The position numbers were made by a program, and so were the translations under genes. Under the pieces are notes generated by a model. It ran no database searches and was not told the origin of the DNA. It saw only the letters and a list, made by a program, of their open reading frames with translations. From Octopus sinensis (lineage: Eukaryota), in assembly GCF_006345805.1 (NCBI RefSeq), contig NC_043017.1:26226001-26290000 (forward strand): 64,000 bases of DNA, in the 5' to 3' direction. Of the stretch, positions 1-13,322 are shown one piece after another; the first letter of the stretch is position 1; the number at the start of each line of letters is the position of its first letter.

Positions 1-1112
1 AGTTGAGTTGCAGGAGGAGAGCCAACAGGCAGATGACAGCACTTTGACACGTTCAGACACAGGTCCCATTCGTTAGACCAACTCCAAATTTGGTGCAGGC
101 ATCGACGAAGATCCTCTATATCACCGCGAGGAGCGACCAGTTTGACATCGTTGGCAAATAGAAGGGTGTGTTGCGTGAGGTCGTCGGGCAAGTCATTTAT
201 GAAGACTAAGGGTCCAATCACAGAACCTTGAGGCACGCCATTGCTCGCACTGGAGACGTCGGACCGCCAACCATTAACTTGGACTTGGAAGGAGCGATCT
301 GAGAGGAAGGCACCAACCCATCGTACAATATCCGGATGGAAACTATATGCTTCAAGCTTGACAAGTAATAGGCGGTGGTTTACCGAGTCAAAAGCTTTGG
401 CAAAGTCCAATAAAACGATGTCAACAGCATCACTATCATCGAGGATGCGCGTCACCAATTCTTCCATTACCAGTAAGTTGGTCAAGCATGATCTCTCAGC
501 ACGAAACCGTGTGGGAATCAGAGATAGAGGCTGTGTTTTGGAGGTGGAGCATCATACTTTTCTTAAGGATGGTTTCGAACATCTTGCTGATTATTGATGT
601 AAGGGAAACCGGTCGGTAGTTAAGCGGGTCTTCGCGGCTCCCTTTCTTGAAAATTGGGCAGATTATCGCTGTTCTCCAGTCCGCAGGTATAACACCCGTC
701 GCCAATGACATATTGAATAGACGTATTAAGGGCTCGCAGATGACCGGAGCCAACGCTTTGCTAACCCGTGGGTGTATGCCGTCAGGGCCGTAACCCTTGT
801 TGACATCGAGGCCTTGAATAACGCGTTCGACTTCGTCCCGCGTGATGACCAATCGAAGCATTGGAGGTACCGATCTATCAAATGGAGGAGGTTCACGACC
901 ATCATCTTGTTTGAAAATAGTTGAAAAAGCCTCGGCAAATAATTGACTCAGTTGATTAGGGTCCTCAATCGATACGCCTGTTGAGTCTACCAACGTTGTA
1001 ATTTGGTTGTTCAAGCGGGAATTCCGTTGGACATGGGCAAAGAAGGTTTTTGGATTGCTACTGGCGTTTGCCGCGATTCTGTATTCCTATCTGAAGCGTT
1101 TTTCCTTTTCAA
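1..1112 (-). pseudogene. 5'-truncated, disrupted non-LTR retrotransposon (CR1/L2-clade) ORF2 reverse transcriptase fragment; continues off the window start
   Basis: Minus-strand translation gives KGYGPDGIHPRV..PADWRTAIICPIFKKGSREDPLNYRPVSLTSIISKMFE. After a frameshift near 505 it continues LLDFAKAFDSVNH, GVPQGSVIGPL and LLFANDVKL (YADD-equivalent). There is an in-frame stop near 1090, and the element ends at a (TA)n tract near 1112. Confidence 0.92.
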
Positions 1113-1118
1113 TTATAT

Positions 1119-1155
<37 letters not shown>

Positions 1156-1915
1156 CATACGTATACATTCATATATATACATGCATTCATAAATACATAC
1201 ATACATAATTACATACATATGTACATGCAAGCATCTGTCAGATATATGAGTCAGCAGTTTTTAATAACATAAATCTATTTACTCAATTTTGTCAAATGAA
1301 GCTCTTAAAATTGTTGCTACACTGAGCTATATACTTAATGACGACCCATCATTTTATTTCTCATTGCCTCTTTGATAATGATCATCGCTTGCAATTTAAT
1401 TTTGTGAGTCACCTCTACATTGAGTTAGAATATAAAGAATTCGTTGGAGGTGCATCTGCCAAAGGCTATCTGACATATTGGTCGCTGATGGTTGACATTT
1501 GCATGGGAACCAATTTGCAGCTACGTCCATTGATACGAACAGTCATATCAAATGAAAAACGAAAGAATATCTGTACGTATAGGAATTAAAGGCAAACTTT
1601 TAGAAAACGGCAAATATACAAGAATGTACATTACAAGTTGAGTTGGTCTCAGCTGCGTGGACAACGGCTTTAAAAAGATTTTATCGTTAGTAATGGTGAA
1701 AGGAAACACTGCATGTAAAAAATACTATGGACCATTGAAAATATGTGACAAAAAGTTCACTAGTACTGGATGTGACGTGCTGTAGTATGTTCTCTGACTG
1801 CAGCCTTGTTGCATCTGCAGAAAACCTCGGCAACGCCGCCTGTAACGCAGAGGAGTGTGGGATTAAAAAATACAGGAGCTTGGCACGCTGCTCTTCTCTT
1901 TTTGTCTGTCACTCT

Positions 1916-2323
1916 AGGCGCAGGAGTGGCTGTGTGGTAAGTATCTTGTTTACCAACCACATTGTTCCGGGTTCAGTCCCACTGCGTGGCATCTTGGGCA
2001 AGTGTCTTCTGCTATAGCCTCGGGCCGACCAATGCCTTGTGAGTGGATTTGGTAGACGGAAACTGAAAGAAGCCCGTCGTATATATGTATATATATGCGT
2101 GTGTGTCTTTGTGCGTCTGTGTTTGTCCCCCTAGCATTGCTTGACAACCGATGCTGGTGTGTTTATGCCCCCGTTACTTAGCGGTTCGGCAAAAGAAACC
2201 GATAGAATAAGTACTGGGCTTACAAAAGGATAAGTCCCGGGGTCGATTTGCTCGATTAAAAGCGGTGCTCCAGCATGGCCGCAGTCAAATGACTGAAACA
2301 AGTAAAAGAGTAAAAGAGTAAGA
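1916..2323 (+). mobile_element. tRNA-derived SINE, family A (full length, internal TA/TG microsatellite)
   Basis: Head AGGCGCAGGAGTGGCTGTGTGG (A-box-like) and GGTTCAGTCCC (B-box-like), body CTTGGGCAAGTGTCTT..GGAAACTGAAAGAAGCCCGTCG, tail GCTCCAGCATGGCCGCAGTCAAATGACTGAAACAAGTAAAAGAG. About 10 homologous copies occur in the window. Confidence 0.88.
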
Positions 2324-2914
2324 GTAACCCTGGTTCTCTCGGATCCCGCATCTCCTGATATTCTCTGCAAAATCTAGATCAATGCAAACCTTCTGAGAAA
2401 TGTGCCTTCGCGTAAGAATGGCTATTGCAGCGAATACCGCTGACCCTTGCGTCTTTGCAAGTGCATAAACGGTAAGAGGTTTGCGCTTACGATCCGTTAT
2501 TCCTACACATCTATCATTTGCTGCTTAATATCTCCTATTTATTTCTCTCTTTATTTTCGGTTTCCTGACTAAGGTAATTCCGTTTACTTTCCGTAGATAA
2601 TTTTATCTTTTATACTTTTCATGTTTTTCCTTTCTTTTTATCTTGTAAATCTCCGTAAATATATTATTGTATTCAGAATATTATGGAAGATTAAGATTTG
2701 AATCAGCTAATGGATGAAGGAATAAGTACGCACAACAAATTATTAATAGAGAAATTAAATATATGTCATAAACAAGTGAGGACGATGACGGAGATTTTAA
2801 AAAGTGAGGGCAATGACAGAGAGTTGAAAGACAGAGGTTTAAAAAGTAGGAGAGCGCCAGAAAATATAAGTTGCATACAAATACCTACATAAGCGTATAC
2901 AAACCATACATTTC

Positions 2915-3430
2915 CATACATACATACATACATAAATACGTACATACATGCATACATACATACATACATACATACATACATACATACAAACATACATATA
3001 TGCATACATACATATATGCATACATACATACATACATACATACATAAATGCATACATACATACATACATAAATACATACATGCATGCATACATACATACA
3101 TACTTACATACATACATTCATACATGCATACATGCATACATACATGCATACATACATACATACATAAATACACACATACATACATACATACATACATACA
3201 TACATACATACATGCATACATACATACATACATACATGCATACATACATACATACATACATACATACATACATACATAAATACATACATACATACAGAAA
3301 TGCATACATACATGCATACATACATGTATGGATACATACATGCACACATACATGTATGGATACATACATGCATACATACATATATGCATGCATAAACACG
3401 TTCAGTCACACTTACATAAATACATACACA
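2915..3430. repeat. (TACA)n / (TGCA) compound microsatellite
   Basis: Direct reading; it accounts for the MYVC/HTYI ORFs. Confidence 0.97.
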
Positions 3431-4672
3431 CATAATTACGTGTTATATAATATATATGTGTGTGTGTGCTCGTTTATGTGTTCCTGGGACCGTTTTACTT
3501 GGCATACGGTGTTAGTATGTTTACGACCCGCAACATAAGCCTTCCGGAAAATTGTCGCGTGGAATAAGTACAACATTTAAAAATACATGGTGGGGCCGAT
3601 TAGTTGGACTTGAAGCTTTGAATCTAGTGCTACAGAATGGCCACAGTGTAAAATACGCAAACAAATAAGACACAAGAAGTAATATACTTACACACATATT
3701 TGTGTATACACATAGCATGGCTGCGGCCTTCGGGCTAAAAACATTTAAAGGAATTAAGGAATATATATTTATATTTATATATATAATATATATATATATA
3801 TATATGTGTGTGTGTATGTGTGTGAGTGTGTCTGTGTATTTGTGTATATATACATACACACACATATAAATGCATATATACATATATATATATATGAATA
3901 TATATATATATATATATATAGTATTATATATATGTGTGTGTGTGTGTATGTGTGTATGTATAAATAAACGTGTGTCTGTGTATGCTTTTGTTTGTGTGTT
4001 TGTGTGTGTGTGTGTGTGGAAACAAAAATATTGTGAATTCTTTCATTAATGAAAATGAGAGGAAATAATAAAGTAAAGAAAAAACATGATACGTCACAAA
4101 ATATATTGAAATGGAAATACAGTGTATTGAAAATAAGAGAAAATTGCAAATTGTAATTATAGAAAATATATATTATTCTTACAAATGGCAGATACTTTAT
4201 TCAACTCTTTGAATGTAAGATTCCTTGGGCAACCATTATCATTTTGTTAGTCTTCGGATTTCAAGATGTTATAATGAAAGTGCTCTAATGGAAGGGAGCT
4301 TTTCTTGGAAAATACATGAAAGATAGAGCTGTGAATTGAGTGCTAAAGTAGATGGATAGGAATAAACTCAGTGCCTGAAACATCAATTAATAGAATATGA
4401 CTATTACATTAAAAACATACGGATAAGCATGTCATTAGGGATCATATACTCACATACCTATCTAAATACATGCTTGTATATACAATCATATTTATCATGT
4501 AATATGAAGATGTATATATATATATATATATATATATGATATATATATATATATATATATATAGATATGTGGGTATATATATATACATTGTATATATATG
4601 TATACATATATTATATATATATATATATATATATGTGTGGTGTGTGTATAATATATATACATATGTATATAG

Positions 4673-4708
<36 letters not shown>

Positions 4709-4984
4709 ATATATATATTATATATATATATATTCCCACACGCGCACATTCGGACACCTGCGTGTTAAGAAGCTTCCTCGTAACACGTGGTTACGGGATC
4801 CTCCCTCTCAGTGACATGTTGTGCTGATGTCTTCCACTATAGACTTGGTTAACCAAGACTTGTGAAGGATTGGTCGATGAAACTGAAAGAAATAAGAAAG
4901 AACCCGTCACGTATATATGTATATATATATTATTATATATATTATTATATATATAATATATATATAATTATATATATAATATAT

Positions 4985-5016
<32 letters not shown>

Positions 5017-5021
5017 ATATG

Positions 5022-5081
<60 letters not shown>

Positions 5082-5098
5082 GCGTGTGTGTGTGTGTA

Positions 5099-6200
5099 CA
5101 GCGCGCGTAAGGTATTTGAGGACAGTTATATACTTACACAAAATCGACGCTGAGAGACAGACAATGACTCCATTTTGCTCAAAAGGGTTTTTGAGGATAA
5201 GAATATATATCGTTTCGTAATTTTATACAATAAAGTCTCTTTCAGCTTCAGTAACGGCTTCTATGTGAGGTTTCAATTACCTACATGCTAGTATCAAATG
5301 ATCTGCGTTCATACTGGATATTACTCTGAGTACATAGGCATTTTGGAAATCCTTGGTGTTACGAATGTGCTCATTAACCTACTTCTCAACTATGCTCAAT
5401 ACATATTAGTCTAATGGATTGAGATATAGAAATTTACGAGGCAATATGTTGGGGATTATGTGGTCATGAATATTTCCCGCCATCCATTCCAACGATGTTG
5501 TAGCCTTGAATGATGGTACCGAGTGTATTCAGAACATCTATGTAGGCAGTAGTCTTTACTGGAAGATCATGTTGGAAGGCGCGATGAGGCATCACATAAC
5601 ATTCATTGCTGACAACCACCAAAACAATAACAGGAAATTTTATATGCATTACTCTTGGAACTTCCGAAGGCTCTGTACATAGCCACCTGTCATTTCTTCT
5701 GTTTAATTTATGATTTTGATCAATTTTTTCTCATCTGAAAAGAGCAAAATGACATCATTCTCTACTGCGTCTTTAGGTTTGTTCATTCTTTTAGATCTGA
5801 TTAAGCGAATTTCCTTCATTATTGACCTTTTCTCATCGCAAAAGATTTGTATGTGATGTCGTTTTGAACATTTCAGATTGTTCATTCTGACACATGGTGA
5901 TCTTTTGCATTCAACCGCATGCATCTTCAGCAAATGTTATCAATGGTCTGCTTCACTTGTTGAATAAATTCTGGTATTCCAATAGTATCAATGCTTCTAC
6001 AATGATTCCTATGTTTTGATACTGGCGATATATATCCGTCTTTAGCCTCTAAATCCTTTTGAAATTTTTAGAAAGAGGATCTAGTGACATTTACAAAATC
6101 GTGATATTTCTAAATTGCTAAGCTCAACCTTTATAGCCATGATGACAGCGTGCCTCATCTATACTAGTGCAATCATATAGCCTGCCATTGATAATTATGA
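5099..6200 (-). pseudogene. Decayed Tc1/mariner-superfamily (maT/DD37D-like) transposase remnant
   Basis: Minus-strand fragments LLFSDEKK, VLVVVSNECYVMPHRAFQHDLPVKTTAYIDVL and HDHIIPNILP..LNPLD*YVLSIVEK*VNEH..IEAVTEAERDFIV* match the FSDEK, VMV.GVVS and WPPSSPDLNPLDY.VW motif order. There are many stops and frameshifts. A possible TIR start TA|CAG lies at 5097-5101. Confidence 0.8.
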
Positions 6201-6248
6201 AATCTCGAAAACATTAAATTGGTAAATATGCTGTTATAGTAAAATAAA

Positions 6249-6348
6249 NNNNNNNNNNNNNNNNNNNNNNNNNNNNNNNNNNNNNNNNNNNNNNNNNNNN
6301 NNNNNNNNNNNNNNNNNNNNNNNNNNNNNNNNNNNNNNNNNNNNNNNN
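6249..6348. other. Assembly gap (100 N)
   Basis: Run of N. Confidence 1.
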
Positions 6349-6358
6349 TATATATATG

Positions 6359-6680
6359 TGAGGGCGCGTGGCTTAGTGGTTAGGGCATTCGGCTCATGAT
6401 CGTAAGGTTGTGAGTTCGATTCCCGGGCGACGCGTTGTATCCTTGAGCAAGACACTTTATTTCGCGTTGCTCCAGTCCACTCAGCTGGCAAAAATGAGTT
6501 GTGACTTGTATTTCAAAGGGTCAGCCTTGTCACTCTGTGTCACGCTGATATCCTCGAGAACTACGTTAAGGGTACACGTGTCTGTGGAATGCTCAGCCAT
6601 TTGCACGTTAATTTCCCGAGCAAGCTGTTCCGTTGATCGTATCAGCTGGGACCTCGTCGTCGGTAACCGGCGGGTCTTTA
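6359..6680 (+). mobile_element. tRNA-derived SINE, family C (CORE-like central domain)
   Basis: A box TGGCTTAGTGG, B box GAGTTCGATTC, CORE-like CCTTGAGCAAGACACTTTA..TTGCTCCAGTCCACTCAGCTG, and a 3' tail (GAGAACTACGTTAAGGGTACACG..CTCGTCGTCG-TAACCG) shared with family D. Confidence 0.85.
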
Positions 6681-6691
6681 AAAAAAATTAT

Positions 6692-7251
6692 ATATAATAA
6701 GAGGCTCCCAAATAAGGAAGCTTAGTGCTGGAGACACAAAGAAGGATACATTCATGGAATTCTTTTCCATGAATTTATCCCTCTTTGTGTCTCTAGAACT
6801 AAGCTTCCTATTGGGAGCCTCTTATTATATTTCTATATGAATAATATTTGTCTAATGACTAATTCGTCTTTTGTGCTAGGCCACTGATAATAATAACTTA
6901 TGTTATACCCTTTTTGATTATGTTTATTACTCTTGATAAATTTGTTCGTAAATTTTTACCGGCATGCTCTCTGTCGCCGGGTATTTTGTTTTGCGTCTGC
7001 GCGGAGGTTTCAAAAGTTAAGATATTAAACCGTTAGATCTATATGTGCTCTAACGCTCTGTGCATCTAGATTAAGAAGGCTTCCCACTGACGAAACCTGG
7101 ACTTGGCAAACATATTCTGACTGTTTTGCTAGAAAGAGGTAGAAACTGATCAGTCTGGGATATATCTTTAATGGTAAATGTCTTTGATGTTCATTCTTTC
7201 CATGAATTTATCCCTCTTTGTGTCTCCGGCACTAAGCTTCCTTATTTGGGA
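6692..7251 (+). mobile_element. Non-coding Penelope-like/retrozyme-like element: about 433-bp unit with terminal direct repeat plus inverted 5' copy
   Basis: Inverted repeat 6692-6759 / 6765-6830; direct repeat TTCCATGAATTTATCCCTCTTTGTGTCTC at 6765 and 7198; internal HHR; (TA)n on both flanks; no ORF. Confidence 0.75.
7082..7160 (+). ncRNA. Type-I hammerhead ribozyme motif (family HH1)
   Basis: TCCCA-CTGACGA-A-[ACCT..AGGT, inner TGGCAAA/TTTTGCTA]-A-GAAA-C-TGATCA-G-TC-TGGGA. Stem I TCCCA/TGGGA, palindromic stem III CTGATCAG, predicted GUC cleavage after 7155. The first stem II position is an A.A mismatch. Confidence 0.8.
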
Positions 7252-7354
7252 ATATATATATGTATATATATACGAAGTAACATATAATACATTATACCAC
7301 TTCTCTGTTGTATGCTGTCTGTGTACATGGATGCACATAACATCTACAGTATAG

Positions 7355-7421
<67 letters not shown>

Positions 7422-7441
7422 TATTATTATATATATATATA

Positions 7442-7850
7442 TAGGCGCAGGAGTGGCTGGGTGGTAAGTAGCTTGCTAAACCAGCCACATGGTTCCGGGT
7501 TCAGTCCCACTGCGTGGCATCTTGGGCAAGTGTCTTCTGCTATAGCCTCGGGCCGACCAATGCCTTGTGAGTGGATTTGGTTGACGGAAACTGAAAGAAG
7601 CCTGTCGTATATATGTATATTATGTAATGTATGTATGTGTTTGTGGTGTCTGTGCGCTGTCCCCCTAGCATTGCTTGACAACCGATGCTGGTGTTTTACT
7701 TCCCGTCACTTAGCGGTTCGGCAAAAGAGACCGATAGAATAAGTACTGGGCTTACAAAGAATAAGTCCCGGTGTCGATTTGCTCGACTAAAGGCGGTGCT
7801 CCAGCAGGGCCGCAGTCAAATGACGGAAACAAGAAAAAGAGTAAAAAAGA
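7442..7850 (+). mobile_element. SINE family A, full length
   Basis: Colinear with 1916-2323. Confidence 0.88.
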
Positions 7851-8022
7851 GAGTATATGCACACACACACACACACCACAACACATATATATATATATAT
7901 GCACAACACACACACACACACACAACATATATATATATATGCACACACATACACACAAAGATATATATATATATATATATATTATAATAACTATAGATGC
8001 ACACACACACACACACCACACA

Positions 8023-8055
<33 letters not shown>

Positions 8056-8259
8056 ATATGTGATGATGAAACAGTAAGTAAATTTCATGTTACTTAGTTC
8101 GAAAGCGTGTACGGTTAACGAGTTTCATTAATGTTGTTTCTTTCACTTGCCTACAATAAGTGTGTTATTCTCAGAGAGAAACAACATACATGATAAAACC
8201 TCCAATCACTAAGATCAGAAGCCATGAGAGCCCCTGCCTGGTATTGCATCAGGGCATTA

Positions 8260-8662
8260 TTTCTTCTTCTTCTTCTTCTTCTCCTTCTTCTTCTTCTTCT
8301 TCTTCTTCATCTTCTTCTTCTTCTTCTTCTTCTTCTTCTTCTTCTTCGTCTTCTTTTTCTCCTCTTCTTCTTCTTCTCCCCCTCCTCCTCCTGTTCTTCC
8401 TCCTCCTCCTGCTTTTTCTTCTTCTTCTTCTTCTTCTTTTTCTTCTTCTTCTTCTTATTTTTATTATTATTATCATCTGTCAGAATTACATTATTATTAT
8501 TAATATCATGACTATCATCATCATCACATCATCATTCTTATTATTATTATTATTATTATATTGTCAAATTCCGACAATGTCGACTTTGAGTAATATACAT
8601 AATAATAATATAACAACAATAATAATAATAATAATACTAATAATAAATAATAATAGTAATAA
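8260..8662. repeat. Compound (CTT)n/(CCT)n/(ATT)n/(AAT)n trinucleotide repeat
   Basis: Direct reading; explains the poly-S/L/E/R ORFs. Confidence 0.95.
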
Positions 8663-8664
8663 TA

Positions 8665-9077
8665 TGCGCAGGAGTGGCTGTGTGGGTAAGTAGCTTGTTT
8701 ACCAAAACACATGGTTCTGGGTTCAGTCCCACTGCGTGGCATCTGAGTAAGTTCTTCTGCTATAGCCCGGGCCGACCAATGCCTTGTGAGGGATTTGGTG
8801 TAGACGGAAACTGAAGAACGCTGTCGTATTATATGATTATACATATATGTATGTGTGTGTGTTTGTGGTCTGTGTTGTGTCCCCCTGCTTGACAACCGAT
8901 GCTGGTGTGTTTATGTTCCCGTTACTTAGCCGTTCGGCAAAGAGATCGATAGAATAAGTACTGGGCTTACAAAAGAATAAGTCCCGGGGCCGAGTTGCTG
9001 GTTTAAAGGCGGTGCTCCAACATGGCCGCAGTCAAATGACTGAAACAAGTAAAATAGTAATAAAAGAGTAAAGAGTA
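8665..9077 (+). mobile_element. SINE family A, full length, followed by (AAT)n/(GAT)n
   Basis: Colinear with 1916-2323. Confidence 0.88.
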
Positions 9078-9208
9078 ATAATAATAATAATAATAATAAT
9101 ATAATGATAATACTTCAACTTCTACTGTATTTATGTAATAGTAAAGATGATGCGCGCTGAAAACGATCAGAATGATGACGATAATAACGATTACAATGAT
9201 GATGACGA

Positions 9209-9239
<31 letters not shown>

Positions 9240-10039
9240 GATGATGATACTGAATATAATGAGCATAAATACTAGAACGACAATGGAAACGGCGGCGACG
9301 TTAATCTGGCATAATATTTCGAGGAATTCTATACATTTAATATGAGTACAGTAAAAAATACCCATGATACTAAATAACAATGCTTTTTTTAAAAAAAATA
9401 CCTCATCGTATAATAGAACATATTCTTATTTTTATAATGCATGCAGATAATTAAGGACTTATATCTAGACTGAATGGTTTTCCATTCAATATGCATAGAA
9501 TGGATGCGGCTGAGCATATCGCTATTTGTATTGTCAAATATTAGTGATTGCGCAAAAATTGTGTACAAGTATTGCATTTGCGTATATGTCTATGTTTATA
9601 TATGTCAATATACGTGTAGTTATATCTGTGTGTGTATATATGTGTGTGTGCCTGTGTGTGCGTATGTGTGAGTGTTTTTATAACACGTTTTGCTGTTGTA
9701 ATATCCTTGCGTATTCGTATCGTATGGAGGTGTCTACGCGTATGCTATACTTAGCTTATTGAAACAACTTATTTAAACATTGCAAGGAATTAAATGGGTT
9801 TTTTTTTTAAAGTGAAGCTCTTCAGACTGTCAATATACGCTGGCACACGTATACTCACACACAAATACACACGCACACATACAAACACACACATAACAAA
9901 TGATATACGCTCACCCACTTACGTTTACATCTGTATCTATCTAGCTATCTATCCATGTATCTATCTCGCATCTAGATATCGCTCTCTATCTATGTTTTTT
10001 ATCTATGCTTCTCCCTACCTACTTATATATATTATGTAC

Positions 10040-10084
<45 letters not shown>

Positions 10085-10113
10085 CACATATTTTTACACG
10101 CACACAGACATGC

Positions 10114-10179
<66 letters not shown>

Positions 10180-11807
10180 TGTCTGTGTGCGTGTAAAAAT
10201 ATGTGTATGTATGTATTTTCATTTAGCGAATACATAAAATCATAAAGTGTAAATCGAGAGATTACTGCATTACTGTATTCCATATACCTTAATGAAAAGG
10301 AGACGACTGCTACGCCTCTCCACTTAGTTGCATATAATAAGCATCTATTTTTCTGTAAGGAAATTTCCATTTTAGAGAATCCTTGAAATGGTGGGCATTT
10401 AAATACCGCTTGCTAAGTAAGTTACATCTACTGGACGCATTGTAATTTTTTTATAAAGCTAAAATTTATGCTATACCGTATCTGATATATCGTATCAGTG
10501 TCAGCCTATGTCTAACAAAAACTTAGCGCGATGATTTGGCATATCCCATCAAACGGAAATTGAAACAAATTGACATGGAGAAGTTAATGACGTTTGATAA
10601 ACACATATGTTTCTTGAGCAATAATTGACTGTACACTTCATATGTGTGACGTATTTACAGGAAGTGATCCAGAAAATATGTATATACATATTTCAAACTT
10701 CTGCACGTAAGGTTGGGTGCCAGTCTAGTTGGTTACGCTGATCAGAGAGCTCTACTGTTACTTATCTATCCATCGAAAACGAATGAAAGACAAAGTCGAG
10801 CTCGACCGTTATTTGAATCTCAAGCCAGAGGAAATGCCGCTAGGTATTTTGCCCGGCGTTATGAGGATTTTGTTATCGCGCTATGTTAGAGATAGTAGCT
10901 GCATTGGTTTAGAGTTATAGCACAAGGCCAACAGTTTCGGGGTGGAGCTAATTCGAATACAAAGACCCCAGTGCTCAACAAGTACTTATTTGATTCATAA
11001 TTTGTATGAAAATTGTAGAACGGTAAATCCTATAAATGATGAAAGGCAAAGCTCGCCTCGGCGGAACAGGATCGCGAAACGTAAGGAAAAACGAACTACC
11101 GTTAAACATTTTACCCGATGGGATAATGATCCAACCAGCTCTCTGCTTTAGAGTAGAATGTTATGTTGTCACTGGTGTTATTTTAAATCTAATAATGAGA
11201 CAGAGATCGAAAAAAAATGGTGGCATTATATTTCGGTATTCTGCTAACGATTTGCTGTCTTACAATTTTCATACAAATTATAAATCAAATGACTTTCCCG
11301 CAATTTAAGCGTATTGCTTCTCAATGCTATGCATCTCTCTTGCATAACAACGTAGAATTACGGTCGTTAATGAATCGCGTACATCATTACCATAAATTCC
11401 AACGAAATTTTAATTCCATCGATATCCGATATTTCCATTTAACAACATAATGAAAATCAAACTTCAGGACACAATGTAGCACAATAACATGTTGTTTAGG
11501 AACAATCGGTTTATAAGTTTAACAGTTTCTTTAAATCAAATACAACGCTTACAGAGTTTTATCTTTCCTATTTCGAAGGTCATATATGTACACTGATCCC
11601 TGCCGTACTTGCATTCTGGAATTCTCTTAACTACGTAACTTTTCTTTACTTAAATTGTTCGGATTCAGGATATTCATTGGTGAAACAAATGGAAAAATAG
11701 TTATTTATATGATTGGCTTTTCATTTTTGCTTAATTCTTTTAACTCAGCGATTTCTTTATTAACATACAACTATTTCAACATAAAACTGTGCACTAATAT
11801 AGGAGGG

Positions 11808-12172
11808 AAGGACTCCGTCGGTTACGACGACGAGGGTTCCGGTTGATCCGAATCAACGGAACAGCCTGCTCATGAAATTAACGTGTAAGTGGCTGAGCAC
11901 TCCGCAGACACATGTACCCATAACGTAGTTCTCGGGGATATTCCGCGTAACACAGAGTGGAAAGGCCGGCCCTTTGAAATACAGGTACAGCAGAAACAGG
12001 AAGTAAGAGTGAGAGAAAGTTGTGGTGAAAGAGTACAGCAGGGATCACCACCATCCCCTGCCGGAGCCCTGTGGAGCTTTAGGTGTTTTCACTCAATAAG
12101 CACTCACAACGCCCGGTCTGGGAATCGAAATCGCGAGTCCGCTGCCCAAACCACTGGGCCATTGCGCCTCCT
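11808..12172 (-). mobile_element. tRNA-derived SINE, family D (tail shared with family C)
   Basis: Minus strand reads GGAGGCGCAATGGCCCAGTGG..GCGGACTCGCG..TTTCGATTCCCAGACCGGGCG, ending in the GAGAACTACGTTATGGGTAC..CCCTCGTCGTCGTAACCGACGGAGT tail. Confidence 0.85.
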
Positions 12173-13260
12173 GTGCACTAATATTCACATATCATTCGTT
12201 TAAATTATTACATATTTTTTAATCTTTACTCTGTGTGTCCCTCGATCCCTCTGTTTTGCTCCCAAGCACTATCCAGATGTGAATTTACTTGATACCATAA
12301 ACGTATATCGTTCCCTGAGGAAATACACTCGACCAAACTTTAACTATTGTCTTCTGTACGGCTATTCAATTTTATTTTAGTCTTGAAATACTACAGTTTT
12401 TATAGAAAAAATATAGACCAGTCTTTCCATAAATAGTATCACGCTTAGTAGTACAGAAATAATGAAAACCTCATCTTTTTCCTGCTTAAAATGTGCCACA
12501 TTATTGTTTAGAAAAATACTTAATAGAACTATGCCGTTACTCTGGGGAAACTTAAACTATGATATGAACAAATAAATTAATAAACGATCAATTACTTGTA
12601 GGGATGTCGTATTTTGTTATGGAACCGTACTATACAGCTAAACGTCTTACAACGATTGTAATCCTACGTTGTTATGCAAGAGAGATGCATAGCATTGAGA
12701 AGCAAGAGGTTTAAATTGCGAGAAAGTCATTTGATTTATAATTTTTATGAAAATTGTAAGACGGAATAAGGCAACTCAGCTTTCTACAGTGTTAGTAGTG
12801 TTCTTACATCACTTATTACAGCTTTTCAATAGATGCTATAGTCATCAGGGTTACGGCCTACACACTTTTTTTTATCTTCGATCTCTTTGTTTCTTTACCT
12901 GTTGCATCTCGTATACGAAATGTCATGACAAAAGCAATTCTGGTTACGATTTCTATAGAAACTTTGTTGAGATAAACAGCACAAACAATAAACTATTGTT
13001 GATTACAAGAGAGCAATAAGAATTTTTAAAAAATAACATCAGTAATCAAAATTATGAGTGTTTATGGATGTTGAAATTGAATTCTTATTACATTATAAAT
13101 GAATTCCGATTCCAAGATTTCAGTGTAGCATTTATATATTGGATTGAAAACTATAATGATATCGTTTAGATCTCTCAGATATTTTTTGAAGTGGCAGGAA
13201 TGCAAATTGGCGTCAGAAGAAGTCAAGATGCTCAGAAATGGAATTTCGGATTCATGTAAT

Positions 13261-13322
<62 letters not shown>

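Noticed and set aside
1765-1839. Possible minus-strand exon AALPRFSADATRLQSENILQHVTSST with a good acceptor
   Set aside because: There is no convincing donor, no recognisable protein and no neighbouring exons; RNA-seq would be needed.
2698-2892. 64-aa purine-rich ORF NQLMDEGISTH..
   Set aside because: Short, interrupted by an upstream stop and with no motif I recognise; possibly an old transposon fragment.
6359-6430. tRNA-like A/B boxes here and at other SINE heads as tRNA genes
   Set aside because: They continue into multi-copy SINE bodies and I could not fold a complete cloverleaf.
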